From assembly GCA_964499705.1 (NCBI GenBank), contig CAZCME010000004.1, forward strand, positions 186,001-250,000: DNA of 64,000 nt, given 5' to 3'. This stretch comes from an uncultured bacterium. Lineage in GTDB: Bacteria; UBA8481. The position numbers were made by a program, and so were the translations under genes. This document shows positions 9,531-20,589 of this stretch, one piece after another; the stretch's first letter is position 1; every line of letters starts with the position of its first letter. The notes beneath the pieces are model-generated. The model was not told where the DNA came from and searched no databases. It worked only from the letters and a program-made list of their open reading frames with translations.

Positions 9531-11212
9531 CAGATCGAGAAGAGTTTCCGGTGATAGACCCACCATTCCACGACGAGCGCCAGCAGCGCCAGCGCCGCGA
9601 ACCACGGCCACAATTCCAGGGAGATCTCCCGCGATGACACGCCCGCTGGTTTGACGGGTTTCGCACGGTGATTACTGTCGGGCACGGCGAGATTCGCTTC
9701 GGAAGCGGCCGTGATCCGGGCATCGTCGAGGGATCGGCGCGCCTGTGACATCCTGAGGAGATTCCGGAGAAAGATCGGAAAGGCGACGCGAAACGGAAAA
9801 TCGGATTCATCGAGCGAAAATCCCAGGACAACGGCGGTACCGTCCCGCGTGGATGTTGTCATGACGGAGATCGGACCATCCGAGGAAAGCGCCAGAACTT
9901 CGCGCGAAGGTTCGGGCGGAAACACGCGCGCGCCATCCGCGTACAGGCCATGCAGATTGCACGCCGCGAAGGGCCCGCTCGTCTTCCGCCAGGAGATGAT
10001 CCTTGGTTTTTCGACGCGCGATCCGGCGCCGAAGCGACCTTCCGGGGGATCGAAGACGCAGTGAAGGCCGTGATATTCCGCTTCCGGGCCGCCGTGTTCC
10101 CAGAAGGCAAGGTCGAAGGAGGTGTCCGACTTGAACGCGCCGGGATCGAATTGCGCGACGCGCACATCCTCCAGGATCGTGAGCGCCTGCGCCAGGTAGC
10201 CATCGCGCGCACCGACGAGCGCGACGCGGAGAGGTTGTTCCGGATGGAAGGATATTTCGGCGATATTGTCCTCGGGAAGGACATCGTCGTGATCGAGTTC
10301 CACGCGGATCCGCGCCGCCGCATCGAGCGTGACTCCCATGACGAGAACTTTCCGCTCGTCCGCCTCGATATGTTCACGCCGCGCTTCGATCAGTTTTTCA
10401 TCCGCGAAAATGCGGAGGATGGGATCGATCGGCTGCGGCGAATGATTTCGGGCGGCCAGCATCAATTCCGATGTTCGCGCATCGATCGGTTCGAGGTTCA
10501 GGGCGACAATCGCGGAATTGGCGTGCGTCACTCCAATGGGGATCCACTGGACCCGGCCGGAACCGGCGGCGGCACGGGGAGCGCTTTTGTCAGACAAGCC
10601 TGCGCCAGGCGAGCCCGGAAAAGGCATGCCTGCGCCGTCCGAGAGAATGTAGGCGTAAGCTTCCGGCGACGCATCCAGAAGTTCCTCCGCCAGCCTCCGG
10701 GCTTCCGCCTCATCGCCGACGCCCGCGGATTTCACGGCCGCGAGAACTTCCGCGATCCGATTCCGATCGCTCGATGCGGCCAGCGCCACGCGCGCCTCGG
10801 GCGCCGTCGTGATGATCGTGACGTGATGTTCCTCCCGGCCCGCCCGCGCCAGCTCGATCGCCTTGTCCCGCGCCAGTTCCAGCCGCGTCCGATCTCCGTC
10901 CTCTCTCGCGCGCATCGAATCGGAATTATCGAGGACGATGATCACGTGGCTTCCGAGCACAACGCCGAGCGGGATCGCGGGACGCGCGTAGGCGAGAGCG
11001 ATGAGGATGACGACCAGGAGCTGCAGCAGCATCAGCATGTTGCTCCGCAGCCTCTGCCAGAACGCATTCGCGTGGACATCTTCGCAGATGCGCTTCCAGA
11101 GCAGGGAACTGGGAACGCGGGCACGGTCGCGGCGGAGCTTCAGCATGTACAGCAGCATGACGAGCGGCAGAAAGAGGAGCATGGCCAGTCCGGCAGGTTC
11201 GAGAAAGACCAT
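9530..11212 (-). CDS. BatA-like N-terminal double-TM + VWA domain protein
   Basis: LLYMLKLRR..VPSSLLW (BatA-type), DNSDS MIDAS, C-terminal LWPW..EW TM motif. Confidence 0.85.
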   Translation of the reverse strand: MVFLEPAGLAMLLFLPLVMLLYMLKLRRDRARVPSSLLWKRICEDVHANAFWQRLRSNMLMLLQLLVVILIALAYARPAIPLGVVLGSHVIIVLDNSDSMRAREDGDRTRLELARDKAIELARAGREEHHVTIITTAPEARVALAASSDRNRIAEVLAAVKSAGVGDEAEARRLAEELLDASPEAYAYILSDGAGMPFPGSPGAGLSDKSAPRAAAGSGRVQWIPIGVTHANSAIVALNLEPIDARTSELMLAARNHSPQPIDPILRIFADEKLIEARREHIEADERKVLVMGVTLDAAARIRVELDHDDVLPEDNIAEISFHPEQPLRVALVGARDGYLAQALTILEDVRVAQFDPGAFKSDTSFDLAFWEHGGPEAEYHGLHCVFDPPEGRFGAGSRVEKPRIISWRKTSGPFAACNLHGLYADGARVFPPEPSREVLALSSDGPISVMTTSTRDGTAVVLGFSLDESDFPFRVAFPIFLRNLLRMSQARRSLDDARITAASEANLAVPDSNHRAKPVKPAGVSSREISLELWPWFAALALLALVVEWWVYHRKLFSI

Positions 11213-11223
11213 GAGCTAACCTG

Positions 11224-12102
11224 TCACCGGACGACACCACGCGCACGGAGGATCCTGAGGAAGATTTCATCGTCCGGCGTCGCCGTGGAAACGAGCGCAT
11301 GCGACAGGCCGTGTTCTCGAGCCACTTTCTCGATCGATTGATTGTGCTCCAGCAGGGCCTGGCGATACCGTTCGAAGAGCCGCGGACTGGCCGTCACATC
11401 GATCGTCGCCCCGGTCTCGGAATCTTCCAGAAGAAGATCTCCGCCGAAGTGGGGATTGAGTTCTTCCGGAGACAGGATCTGGACAAGCGACACCTGGTAT
11501 TTCCGGTGCAGGAGCGCCCTCACGCCTCGCTCGATTCCGTCCGCGTCGAGAAAGTCGGATACGACGACAGCCAGCGCGTTCCGCGCGGAACGCCGCGAAT
11601 ACATTTCCAGTTCTTCGCTCAGGTGAAACGAGGTCGCGGCCGGCCGCTCGTTGAGAAACCGGATCACCCCGTGTATGCCTCCTTGCCCGCGGCAGGGCTC
11701 CAGTCCGCCGCGCCGCGATCCCAGCCACGAAACGGTGACTTCATCCAACCTCGAGAGAGCGATATAGGAAAGCGCCGCGGCAAGGCGCCGCGCAAGATCG
11801 AGCTTGTTGGGCGAGCCGAAATCCATCGAGGCGGAGTTGTCGATCAGGAGGTGGACACGAAGACTCGTCTCCTCGTGAAAGAGCTTGATGAATAGCTTGT
11901 CGAGCCGGGCGCAGGCATTCCAATCCACGAACCGCAGATCGTCGCCGAAGTGATATTCGCGGAAATCGGCGAACTCGATGGAAGTCCCCCGCGTCGCCGC
12001 GCGTCGCTCCCCTTTCCTGTCCGCCAGCCCCAGCCGCCCGGACACGAGCGCCAGCCGTTCCAGCCTGCGAAAAAATGCGGGATCGATGTTGAGCGAGGCC
12101 AT
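11224..12102 (-). CDS. DUF58 domain protein
   Basis: GTSIEFADFREY..GDDLRFVDWN, LIDNSASM, VVSDF; ATG at 12102. Confidence 0.93.
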   Translation of the reverse strand: MASLNIDPAFFRRLERLALVSGRLGLADRKGERRAATRGTSIEFADFREYHFGDDLRFVDWNACARLDKLFIKLFHEETSLRVHLLIDNSASMDFGSPNKLDLARRLAAALSYIALSRLDEVTVSWLGSRRGGLEPCRGQGGIHGVIRFLNERPAATSFHLSEELEMYSRRSARNALAVVVSDFLDADGIERGVRALLHRKYQVSLVQILSPEELNPHFGGDLLLEDSETGATIDVTASPRLFERYRQALLEHNQSIEKVAREHGLSHALVSTATPDDEIFLRILRARGVVR

Positions 12103-12114
12103 GAAATTCAAATC

Positions 12115-12554
12115 ACCACGAAATGCACGAAATACACGAAATTAAAATCAAATGATGATTCGCTCGATATCCACTTTGGGATAGTGGCCGAAATTCACGA
12201 GTAAACCCAGACGTAATCCGGAAGCTCTCAGATAATTCATAATTTGCGCTCGGTGGTCGTGAAGCAATTCTCTTACAGCCTTTAGTTCGACTATAATTTG
12301 ACCATAACAGATCAGGTCGGGAACATACTTTTGAAGCAACAGTTCACCTTTATATGTAAGATTTAGTTCGCCTTTCGCCTGAAATGGTATGGAGCGCGCA
12401 AGAAGCTCCATTTCCATGCATACTTGATAGACCGCTTCAAGAAACCCGCATCCCATTTCCTTATAGACCTCAAATATGGCTCCTTGAACGGCATAACTTT
12501 CTTCTCTTAGAAATATTTTCTCTTTTTTTTCGTGTATTTCGTGTGTTTCGTGGT
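12115..12554. mobile_element. Putative single-gene cassette bounded by 27-bp inverted repeats around a GxxExxY nuclease gene
   Basis: Left arm 12115-12141 ACCACGAAATGCACGAAATACACGAAA; right arm 12528-12554 is its reverse complement at 25/27; AT-rich insert splitting moxR and DUF58. Confidence 0.6.
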
Positions 12555-12558
12555 TCAT
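12148..12558 (-). CDS. GxxExxY protein (PD-(D/E)XK nuclease fold)
   Basis: MGCGFLEAVY, PDLIC..IIVELKA, QIMNYL..GLLVNFG. Confidence 0.92.
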   Translation of the reverse strand: MNHETHEIHEKKEKIFLREESYAVQGAIFEVYKEMGCGFLEAVYQVCMEMELLARSIPFQAKGELNLTYKGELLLQKYVPDLICYGQIIVELKAVRELLHDHRAQIMNYLRASGLRLGLLVNFGHYPKVDIERIII

Positions 12559-13538
12559 GGTTTTACGAATGCACCATTAGCAATCTCCAGAGCAATCGCA
12601 TCCGTATCCACTCCGTCCGCTTCGCCTTCGAAGTTGAGGATGATGCGGTGCCGGAGGGCGGGCGCGAGGTGCGGGAGAATATCCTCCGCGGCGACGTGAC
12701 CCCGGCCGTCCAGGAGCGCCGTCACTTTCGCGGCCAGCGAGATCGCCTGCGCCGCCCGCGGGCTGGCGCCGTATCGGACATACTTGCGCGCGAGTTCCGT
12801 GGCATGCGGAGTTTCCGGATGCGTGGCGAGAATGATCCGGCTGATCGTTCCGCGCAGGTGGTCCGAGAGGATTACGTCCCGGACCAGTTCCGCGGCGGCC
12901 AGAAACGCGGCGCGGTTCATCACCTTCGAGAGTTCCGGCACGGAGGATGACGTCGTGCGATCGAGAATCATGTTCAGCTCGGCCTCGGAGGGAAACGGGA
13001 TCTTCAGCTTGAAGAAGAAGCGGTCGAGCTGCGCCTCGGGCAGGGGGTAGGTTCCTTCCATCTCGATCGGATTCTGCGTCGCGAGGACGAAGAACGGTTC
13101 GATCAGCTTGTGATGCTCGCCGCCGACCGTGACGCTGTGCTCCTGCATCGCCTCCAGGAGCGCCGACTGGGTCTTCGGCGTCGCGCGGTTCACCTCGTCG
13201 GCCAGGACAATGTGCGCGAAGAGCGGGCCCTGCCTGAAGACAAAGCGGCGCTGGCCGTTTTCCTCGGAGAGAATATATGTCCCCGTTATGTCGGCCGGCA
13301 TCAGGTCGGGCGTGAATTGGATCCGGCGGAATGACAGGTCCAGCGCCTGGCCGAGCGCGCGGACGAGCATGGTCTTGCCGAGCCCGGGCACGCCTTCGAG
13401 AAGGACGTTTCCTCCGCAGAGCATCGCCGTGAGAATCGACTCGACGATCCTGTCGTAACCGACGATGAACTTCCCGATTTCGCTCCGCAGTATTCCGAAG
13501 TTCCGTTGAAATTCCCCGATCTTTTCCTGTGATTCCAT
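12555..13538 (-). CDS. moxR: MoxR-family AAA+ ATPase
   Basis: LLEGVPGLGKT, RIQFTPDLMPADITG, LADEVNRA, ATQNPIEMEGTYPLPEAQLDRF; ATG at 13538 behind GAGG. Confidence 0.95.
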   Translation of the reverse strand: MESQEKIGEFQRNFGILRSEIGKFIVGYDRIVESILTAMLCGGNVLLEGVPGLGKTMLVRALGQALDLSFRRIQFTPDLMPADITGTYILSEENGQRRFVFRQGPLFAHIVLADEVNRATPKTQSALLEAMQEHSVTVGGEHHKLIEPFFVLATQNPIEMEGTYPLPEAQLDRFFFKLKIPFPSEAELNMILDRTTSSSVPELSKVMNRAAFLAAAELVRDVILSDHLRGTISRIILATHPETPHATELARKYVRYGASPRAAQAISLAAKVTALLDGRGHVAAEDILPHLAPALRHRIILNFEGEADGVDTDAIALEIANGAFVKP

Positions 13539-13545
13539 TTTTACC

Positions 13546-15156
13546 TCATCGATTTCCGTTGATGACATCATCGAAATAATCCCGCACGAACTCGCGGTCG
13601 GATCCCGGTATCTCCTCCACCTCCATGGCCGCCGATGCCGCGCGGCTGTAGGCGGCCGTGCCGCGGCCCGACGGAGCCTTGCTGCTGCCACGCGTGCCGG
13701 GAGGAAGCGCGGGTCCGCTCACGTCCATCTCAATCTCCGGTCCGCCGCCCGCTCCTTCCACCAGCGCGTCCTGCCCGTCGGCGTCTATGAGGTCCGGCGC
13801 GTAGATCCTCACGTAGTCCGCGTACTGCATGCTCGCCGGCGGCCTCCGGTCATGGCGCATCCGGCCGGACGGAGCCGCCGCCTGGCGCTGATTCGTCGTG
13901 CCGGTGCCGGCTCCGACCGTGCCGTCCCCCGCGACGCAAACCGCTCCGGCGCGCCCCGAAGTCGCATCGGCGGAAATGAGCTGCTGGGATCCGCTGTCGC
14001 TCTTCCTGCCGAACCGATCCCGCCCTGTTCCCGCGCCGCGGCGCGGATTTGCGGATGGCCCTGATCCCGTGATCTTCTCCCTTGCTTCGCGAGTCTTCGC
14101 CGCCTGGTCGCGCACCATCTCGCACGCCGCTCCTTTCGAAGCGCTGCAGGTCCCGGCGCGCTTCAACGCATTCGCCGCACCGCTCTCGTCGCCGCGCTTC
14201 ATCGCCCGGGCCGCTTCGCGCAGTTCCTCCGCAACCTTGCCCTCGGATGAGGCGGCCGCTTTTTCCACGGCGTCCGCGAGATCCGCTTTCTGCGCCTCGG
14301 TCAGCGATCCCGATTCGAGCTTCGACAGCAGGGATGCCAGGGCGCTGTCCCGATCGCCGTTCCGGAGCATCTCCGCTTCGGCGCCGAATCCCGCCTTCGA
14401 CAGCTCGTCCGCGATCTTCTCGCGAAGTTTCGCTTCCTCCGTCTCCATCCGCGCTTTTTCGCTCTCCAGTTTCGCCGCCATCTTCTCCATCCCGGCAAGC
14501 GTCCTGTCCTTGAACGGCAGCTCTCCTTCCAGCTCGCGGCCCGCCTCCCGCAGCTCCGCCGCCAGCGCTTTCAGCGCTTCATCCTGGGAACGGCGCGATT
14601 CCTCGTCGAGGTTCCGGGCCGTCTCTTCCAATGAGGCCAGCGCCTGCTCCACGATCCGAGTCTCGCTCGTCGACAGAAACAGCGGCGTCGCGGGCTCCGG
14701 CAGTATCCGCGCGAAGAGGACCGCGAGCGCCGCGCAGGCAAAGGCCATCTGCACCCGGCGCGGACATCGCAACGGCACGCACGCGGAAGGGTCGATCCTG
14801 TTCTTCAGAGCGTTCACTTCTCCCAGCAATGTTTGCGCGAACGCATTTTCGATGCCTTCGGCCCGGCAATAAAGCGCGGTGCGGAACCGGTCCTTGCTCT
14901 TCATCGCGCGATCCACCGCGACCGCGGACATCTCCATCGTGGGCAGGTTGCGGCGCAGAGCGAAGAGGACCGGCGGCACCGCCGCGATCAGCACGGCCAG
15001 GATCGTCACGATCGCGCTCCACGGAAGATACAGCCACTTGTGCAGAAGCACGTGCGCGAGCAAGGCTCCGCAGGCGAAGAGCAACGCCGGAGACAGGCGA
15101 TCGACGGCGCCCATGAGGATCAACCGGCGCCGCACTTTCGCGAGCTCGCTAGTCAA
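13546..15156 (-). CDS. Membrane-anchored coiled-coil protein with low-complexity Gly-rich tail
   Basis: N-terminal TMs, long helical E/A/K-rich region, C-terminal IP..REFVRDYF motif. Confidence 0.75.
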   Translation of the reverse strand: MTSELAKVRRRLILMGAVDRLSPALLFACGALLAHVLLHKWLYLPWSAIVTILAVLIAAVPPVLFALRRNLPTMEMSAVAVDRAMKSKDRFRTALYCRAEGIENAFAQTLLGEVNALKNRIDPSACVPLRCPRRVQMAFACAALAVLFARILPEPATPLFLSTSETRIVEQALASLEETARNLDEESRRSQDEALKALAAELREAGRELEGELPFKDRTLAGMEKMAAKLESEKARMETEEAKLREKIADELSKAGFGAEAEMLRNGDRDSALASLLSKLESGSLTEAQKADLADAVEKAAASSEGKVAEELREAARAMKRGDESGAANALKRAGTCSASKGAACEMVRDQAAKTREAREKITGSGPSANPRRGAGTGRDRFGRKSDSGSQQLISADATSGRAGAVCVAGDGTVGAGTGTTNQRQAAAPSGRMRHDRRPPASMQYADYVRIYAPDLIDADGQDALVEGAGGGPEIEMDVSGPALPPGTRGSSKAPSGRGTAAYSRAASAAMEVEEIPGSDREFVRDYFDDVINGNR

Positions 15157-16713
15157 GTCCGTCCTCCCCTTCCGGGTTCTTCAGGCCCTTGACCTGCAGC
15201 CGTTTCCATCCGAGCGCCGCGACGGACCAGGCGATCACGATGAGGATGGCGTACACGAAAATGCTCTCCGAAACAGTCTTCAGCGCCTCCGGCCTCCATT
15301 GGACAGCCTTCTCCCCGAAGTAGACCATGAAGGCGATCGGCGAAAGCACTTCCGATTTCAGGATATCCATCTGGGGAAATCCCGCCTTGTGAAGCGACCA
15401 GTCGATGCTCGATCCGAACGCGATCATGACGGCGACCATGAGGACTGTCCCGAGGCCTATCGGCCGGCGCGGCTGCATCCAGATCGAGATGGCCAGCGCG
15501 AATCCGCTCCAGAAGAGAATCTGCGGCACGCAGTACAGGACGAGAATTCCCATCGAAGCGAGATGTCCGATGAAGGTCGGCAGATGCTGATTGTTGAAGA
15601 GCAGGAAGAGGATCGCGCTCACGCCGCTGAACACGGCGACGTGAAAGAGGAAGGAATAGCAGAGAAAGAACGGGAACGTGACCGGATCTTCCTTCAACGT
15701 CTTCTGCGGGAGAATATTTTTTCCAGCGTAGGCAAAGAATCCTTCGCGGAGCTGATTCCGGTGAGGTGGCCTTAGGCCGTTGAGAAAGATGAGCGCGAGG
15801 TAGTACATCGCCAGCATCATGAAACAGCCGAAGACGAAATGCTCGATATCCCGGGCGCTCGTGATACGCGCGACGGGAAAGAGATACCACGGGAGCGCAT
15901 AGGGGAAGATCTGGATGAACCTCCGGAGGTGGGACGACCGCTGTCGCCATCCGGCCAGCCGTTCACGGGCGAAGGAGAAGAAGAGACCGACGATCGCGGC
16001 AAAGGGAAGCGCCGTGAAGAGGAACGTCTTGACGATACCGCCGAACGTCAGGAGCTCGAAGATTTCGTTCAGCGGCGAAGACCCTCGGGCATATCTCATC
16101 ATGCTGATGGATCCGATGAGCGGAAATGCCATGAGAAAAACGAGGGCGTACGTGAAGAGAAGGACGCCAAGGCTCTTCTTCGCCGCGACACCGAAGGCCA
16201 GTCCCGCCGACGAGCAGAGCGCGGCGATCCAGAGGAGCACGAAGTGGGCGTAGAGGATCTCTACGGGCGAGAAGCCTCCGGTCATGAAAACGATCGCGTG
16301 GATCGGGACGGCCACGAGGAGCATGATGCCGATGTAGGATACGGAGACGAGGAGCTTGCCCATGAGAATCTCGCCCGGCCCGAGAAGCGTCGTCATGAGG
16401 AAGGGAAACGTCTTCTTCTCCCTCTCCTTCGGAATCGCCGTGGCCGTAAGACCCGGGGCGACGAAGAGAATGCCGAGAAGCTGGAGCGAGAAGAGCATCG
16501 TGAAGATGTTCTTGCCCGTGGATCCGACGCCGGCCGTGGCGGAAACGGCCGAGGACGGCAATTGCGTGATCGCCGCGAAGAAAAGGATCAGCAGGTACGA
16601 CGTGATGACGAAGAGCGGCTGGTTGCCGCGCATCTGCTTCCTCAGTTCGAGGATGAAGACGGGGTTGAGGAAGAACCGCGCGCTCCAATCGCGGACGAGG
16701 AGTCCTAATTTCT

Positions 16714-16717
<4 letters not shown>
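15149..16717 (-). CDS. ABC transporter permease
   Basis: NPVFILELR, AIPKEREKKTF.FL.TT.L...EILMGKL; many TM helices. Confidence 0.85.
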
Positions 16718-17640
<923 letters not shown>

Positions 17641-17646
17641 GCGGAC

Positions 17647-19506
17647 TCACTCCGTGGCTCCGAACTTGGGACGGATCACGAGAATGTCGGTGACCTCCCG
17701 CTGCTCCACGCCGTCGAATCCCAGCCGGCCTTTATTGCCGGTTCGTTTGGCGATGATGACCGTTCCGCGATAATCGGACCTGGCCAGATCGAGTTGGCTG
17801 AATTCCGGCTCCCCCAGTGAGGGCTTGGCGAAGGAAACCTTGTAAGTATGATCGCCGTCCTTTTCCAGGAGATGAAATTTCTGGTTGAAGCGGAGATAGG
17901 AATTGGCGAGATCGAGATTGCCTTCCACCGTGATCTTTCGTGCCGCGGAATCGAAGGTGACGGTGTAGTCGGGGCGCGATACGGACAGAGTTCGAACGAA
18001 CTTCCACGACCACTGGTTCACGATGAACTTGTCCGTCCTGTCCGGACGCGGCCCGAGAAACAGGATGGGATTGTCCGATCCCTGGCTCGGTTCCATGACC
18101 TCGTTCGCGGAAACCACTTCGGGCGAAAAAGCGAGCTCGAAGGACTGGGATACCGCGGAGAAGATCCCGCCCAGCGTCTCGACTTCCTCCGTGCCCTCGT
18201 TCATGTCGGCGAGGATCACGCTGAATTCGCGGTACGTGGTTGTTCCTCCCATCGAGCCGTAACCGACGCCGAGAGCGGCGGCGGAGAAGACCAGGACGAC
18301 CGCCGGGATGCTTCCCCAGGCGAGCTCACGGCGGCCGAGCCGGGAGAGGAACCAGAAATTAACGGGGCCGACGAGGATGATGTAGAAGAGGAGAAAGAAC
18401 GTGATGAGCGTGATGGGAGGTCCGGGGAGATCCGCGATCTGGGTGACGAGATCCATCGGAAAACGCCGGAAGTCGTTTTGGGTGTTCGATGTATTGTTCA
18501 GATCGAAAATCGTCGCATCTTCTTTCTTGAAAACGTATTCCGCGGTAACCGAGTTGGATCGAAACGGCTCATCGGAAGGATCGAAATACAAAAGGCGGAT
18601 CCTGCCCGCACCGAAGACCGTCTCCCGCCACAGTCGATCGCTCTCATGATGATTATCCATTCCGCGCGCCGACAGCTCGGAGAGCGGATCGTAGTCATTG
18701 ACGATCACGGGATACGGCCTCGAATCAACGCTGGAAATCCTGGGCACGTGCTGATCGCTGATACCAACCTTGAGTTTTCTCAGGGGCAGATAGGGCGCGA
18801 GAAACGATCGTTCCAGCGAGTCGGCGTTGCCGCCGCCCCGCAGTATCAGGAGCCCTCCCCTGTACACCCAGTTCAGAAGCGCCGCTCGCGAAGGCACGGC
18901 GAATTCTTCCAGCACGGCATCGCCCACGATGATTGCATCCACGGATTCGAGCATCCTCGAATGCCGGGGAAACGCGGACGCATCGACGTGCGACGTTACG
19001 ACGTCCGGCCGATTGCTGTTGCGGTTCTGCCCCGTCTGTCCGCCGCGGAAAGGAAACGTGGCGAGCCCCGGAACCTGGAACGGGTTGCGGGAGACATCGA
19101 GTATATGGATCTCGTTGCGATAGAACTGCTGCGTGACGATCTGATGCTGCGACAGTCTTGCCAGCAAGCTGTCTTCCTGGTCATAGCATTCGATCATCAG
19201 GCCGTACTGGGTGAGATGCAGGTTTTTGAGAATGCGAAGTGTTTCACCATCCCGGAGGGAAAAGGGAATGCGGCAGATTTCATCCCTGTTCGTCATGATC
19301 CGGATCGTGCCCGACAGGCTTTCATCCGCCCGGAGCGTCATGGTCAGGGGGGCGTACTGACCCGGCCGGGCCCGCCCTTCAAATCCGGCCGTCGCGGTAA
19401 AATCCACAACCTGAGAATGGGACGGGATCGCGTTCGTAAGAAGAATGCTGAGAGTCAGGAAAGCCGAGGATAAATGCTTGCGCACCACGGAGCCATTCTC
19501 AAACAT
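17647..19506 (-). CDS. Hypothetical exported membrane protein (GATase-like central domain)
   Basis: Signal peptide; VDAIIVGD..LLNWVYRGGLLILRGG; two TMs (YIILVGPVN, WGSIPAV). Confidence 0.75.
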   Translation of the reverse strand: MFENGSVVRKHLSSAFLTLSILLTNAIPSHSQVVDFTATAGFEGRARPGQYAPLTMTLRADESLSGTIRIMTNRDEICRIPFSLRDGETLRILKNLHLTQYGLMIECYDQEDSLLARLSQHQIVTQQFYRNEIHILDVSRNPFQVPGLATFPFRGGQTGQNRNSNRPDVVTSHVDASAFPRHSRMLESVDAIIVGDAVLEEFAVPSRAALLNWVYRGGLLILRGGGNADSLERSFLAPYLPLRKLKVGISDQHVPRISSVDSRPYPVIVNDYDPLSELSARGMDNHHESDRLWRETVFGAGRIRLLYFDPSDEPFRSNSVTAEYVFKKEDATIFDLNNTSNTQNDFRRFPMDLVTQIADLPGPPITLITFFLLFYIILVGPVNFWFLSRLGRRELAWGSIPAVVLVFSAAALGVGYGSMGGTTTYREFSVILADMNEGTEEVETLGGIFSAVSQSFELAFSPEVVSANEVMEPSQGSDNPILFLGPRPDRTDKFIVNQWSWKFVRTLSVSRPDYTVTFDSAARKITVEGNLDLANSYLRFNQKFHLLEKDGDHTYKVSFAKPSLGEPEFSQLDLARSDYRGTVIIAKRTGNKGRLGFDGVEQREVTDILVIRPKFGATE

Positions 19507-19530
19507 TCCCCCCCGGGAAACAACAGGTTA

Positions 19531-19600
19531 CTAATACGGGGACAGTATACTATTTTCCGTGAATAAATTCACGGAAAATAGTATACTGTCCCCGTATTAG
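19531..19600. repeat. 70-bp REP-like palindrome, copy 1
   Basis: CTAATACGGGGACAGTATACTATTTTCCGTGAA-TAAA-TTCACGGAAAATAGTATACTGTCCCCGTATTAG, perfect arms. Confidence 0.95.
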
Positions 19601-19604
19601 CTCT

Positions 19605-20006
19605 TTAGCGGACGGGGATCTTCATCGCGCGGGCGGCTTGAAGTTTCGGGAGCGTCACTTGCAGCATGCCGTCCTTCATCGTCGCCTGGATTCCGTTCCG
19701 GTCGATGTTCTCGGAGAGCAGAAATGTCCGCTCGTAGTCGCCGGGTTCATACTCTCCGTAGACAAGCTTCTTCCCGGCGGGAACGCTTTCCGCGATGCGT
19801 CCACGAATGGAGAGTGTGTTCTTCTCCACGGTCAGGTCCACGGTCTTGTCCGTGACGCCCGGCATGTCGGCCGCGACATAAAGATTATCAGCATCTTCGA
19901 GGATGTCGGCGCGGGGCGCGAAAACGCGGCGCCGGGATAACCTCTCCGTTCCTTCGCTCGCCTCTACCTTGTTTTCCTCCATAACGCACAATTCTTGATT
20001 GCTCAT
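19605..20006 (-). CDS. Hsp20/alpha-crystallin small heat shock protein
   Basis: PRADILE, ADMPGV, YERTF, DGMLQVTLPK; ATG at 20006 behind AAGGAG. Confidence 0.92.
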   Translation of the reverse strand: MSNQELCVMEENKVEASEGTERLSRRRVFAPRADILEDADNLYVAADMPGVTDKTVDLTVEKNTLSIRGRIAESVPAGKKLVYGEYEPGDYERTFLLSENIDRNGIQATMKDGMLQVTLPKLQAARAMKIPVR

Positions 20007-20019
20007 GACTCTTCTCCTT

Positions 20020-20433
20020 TCACGAAACAGTGACGGTGATCTTCCGAGGCTTCTCTTCCTCGACACGGGGAAGTGAGAGCTTCAGAACGCCAAGGGAGTA
20101 TTCCGCGCGCACTTTCGCCGCATCGATGTGGTACGGCAGCTTCAGGGATCGCGTGAAGCTTCCCGACAATCGCTCGCGGCGCAACCAGGACCGATCGTCC
20201 TTCGAATTTTCCATTTCGCGATCTCCCGAAATTGTCAGCGTATCTCCCGAGACGCTCACGTCGATCTTCCGGGGGTCGATGCCTGGAAGCTCGCTTGTAA
20301 CCACCAGTTCGTCGGCGCCCGCCCAGACGTTCATGAGCGGATATTCGGACCATCCCTCCTCGGCAAACAGGGATGGAAACGTGTTGAAGAGATCGAACGG
20401 TCTTCGCCCCGCTCCTTCCATCAAACCAAACAT
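20020..20433 (-). CDS. Hsp20/alpha-crystallin small heat shock protein
   Basis: ELPGID, RRERLSGSFTRSLKLP, GVLKLSLPR; ATG at 20433 behind AAGGAGG. Confidence 0.93.
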   Translation of the reverse strand: MFGLMEGAGRRPFDLFNTFPSLFAEEGWSEYPLMNVWAGADELVVTSELPGIDPRKIDVSVSGDTLTISGDREMENSKDDRSWLRRERLSGSFTRSLKLPYHIDAAKVRAEYSLGVLKLSLPRVEEEKPRKITVTVS

Positions 20434-20589
20434 GACATCCTCCTTTTCCCGGGCATCCGCCCGTCGTATTTCAACAAGCGTGAAAAGCAAAGGGTGTACC
20501 GGATGGAAAAACAGAAACCTGAGCGAAAGAGGGTCGACTATTGCCAAAGAGGCAATTTCGCGCGAGCAGGAATGTCATATAGTTCATGC

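Noticed and set aside
12100-12559. CATG on both sides of the GxxExxY cassette as a target-site duplication
   Set aside because: Only 4 bp, coincides with start codons, and lies about 11 nt from the repeat on one side; cannot be supported without an empty allele.
20540-20556. ATTGCC-N5-GGCAAT upstream of hsp20 as a CIRCE or HAIR element
   Set aside because: Does not match TTAGCACTC-N9-GAGTGCTAA or CTTGAGT-N7-ACTCAAG; too short to call.
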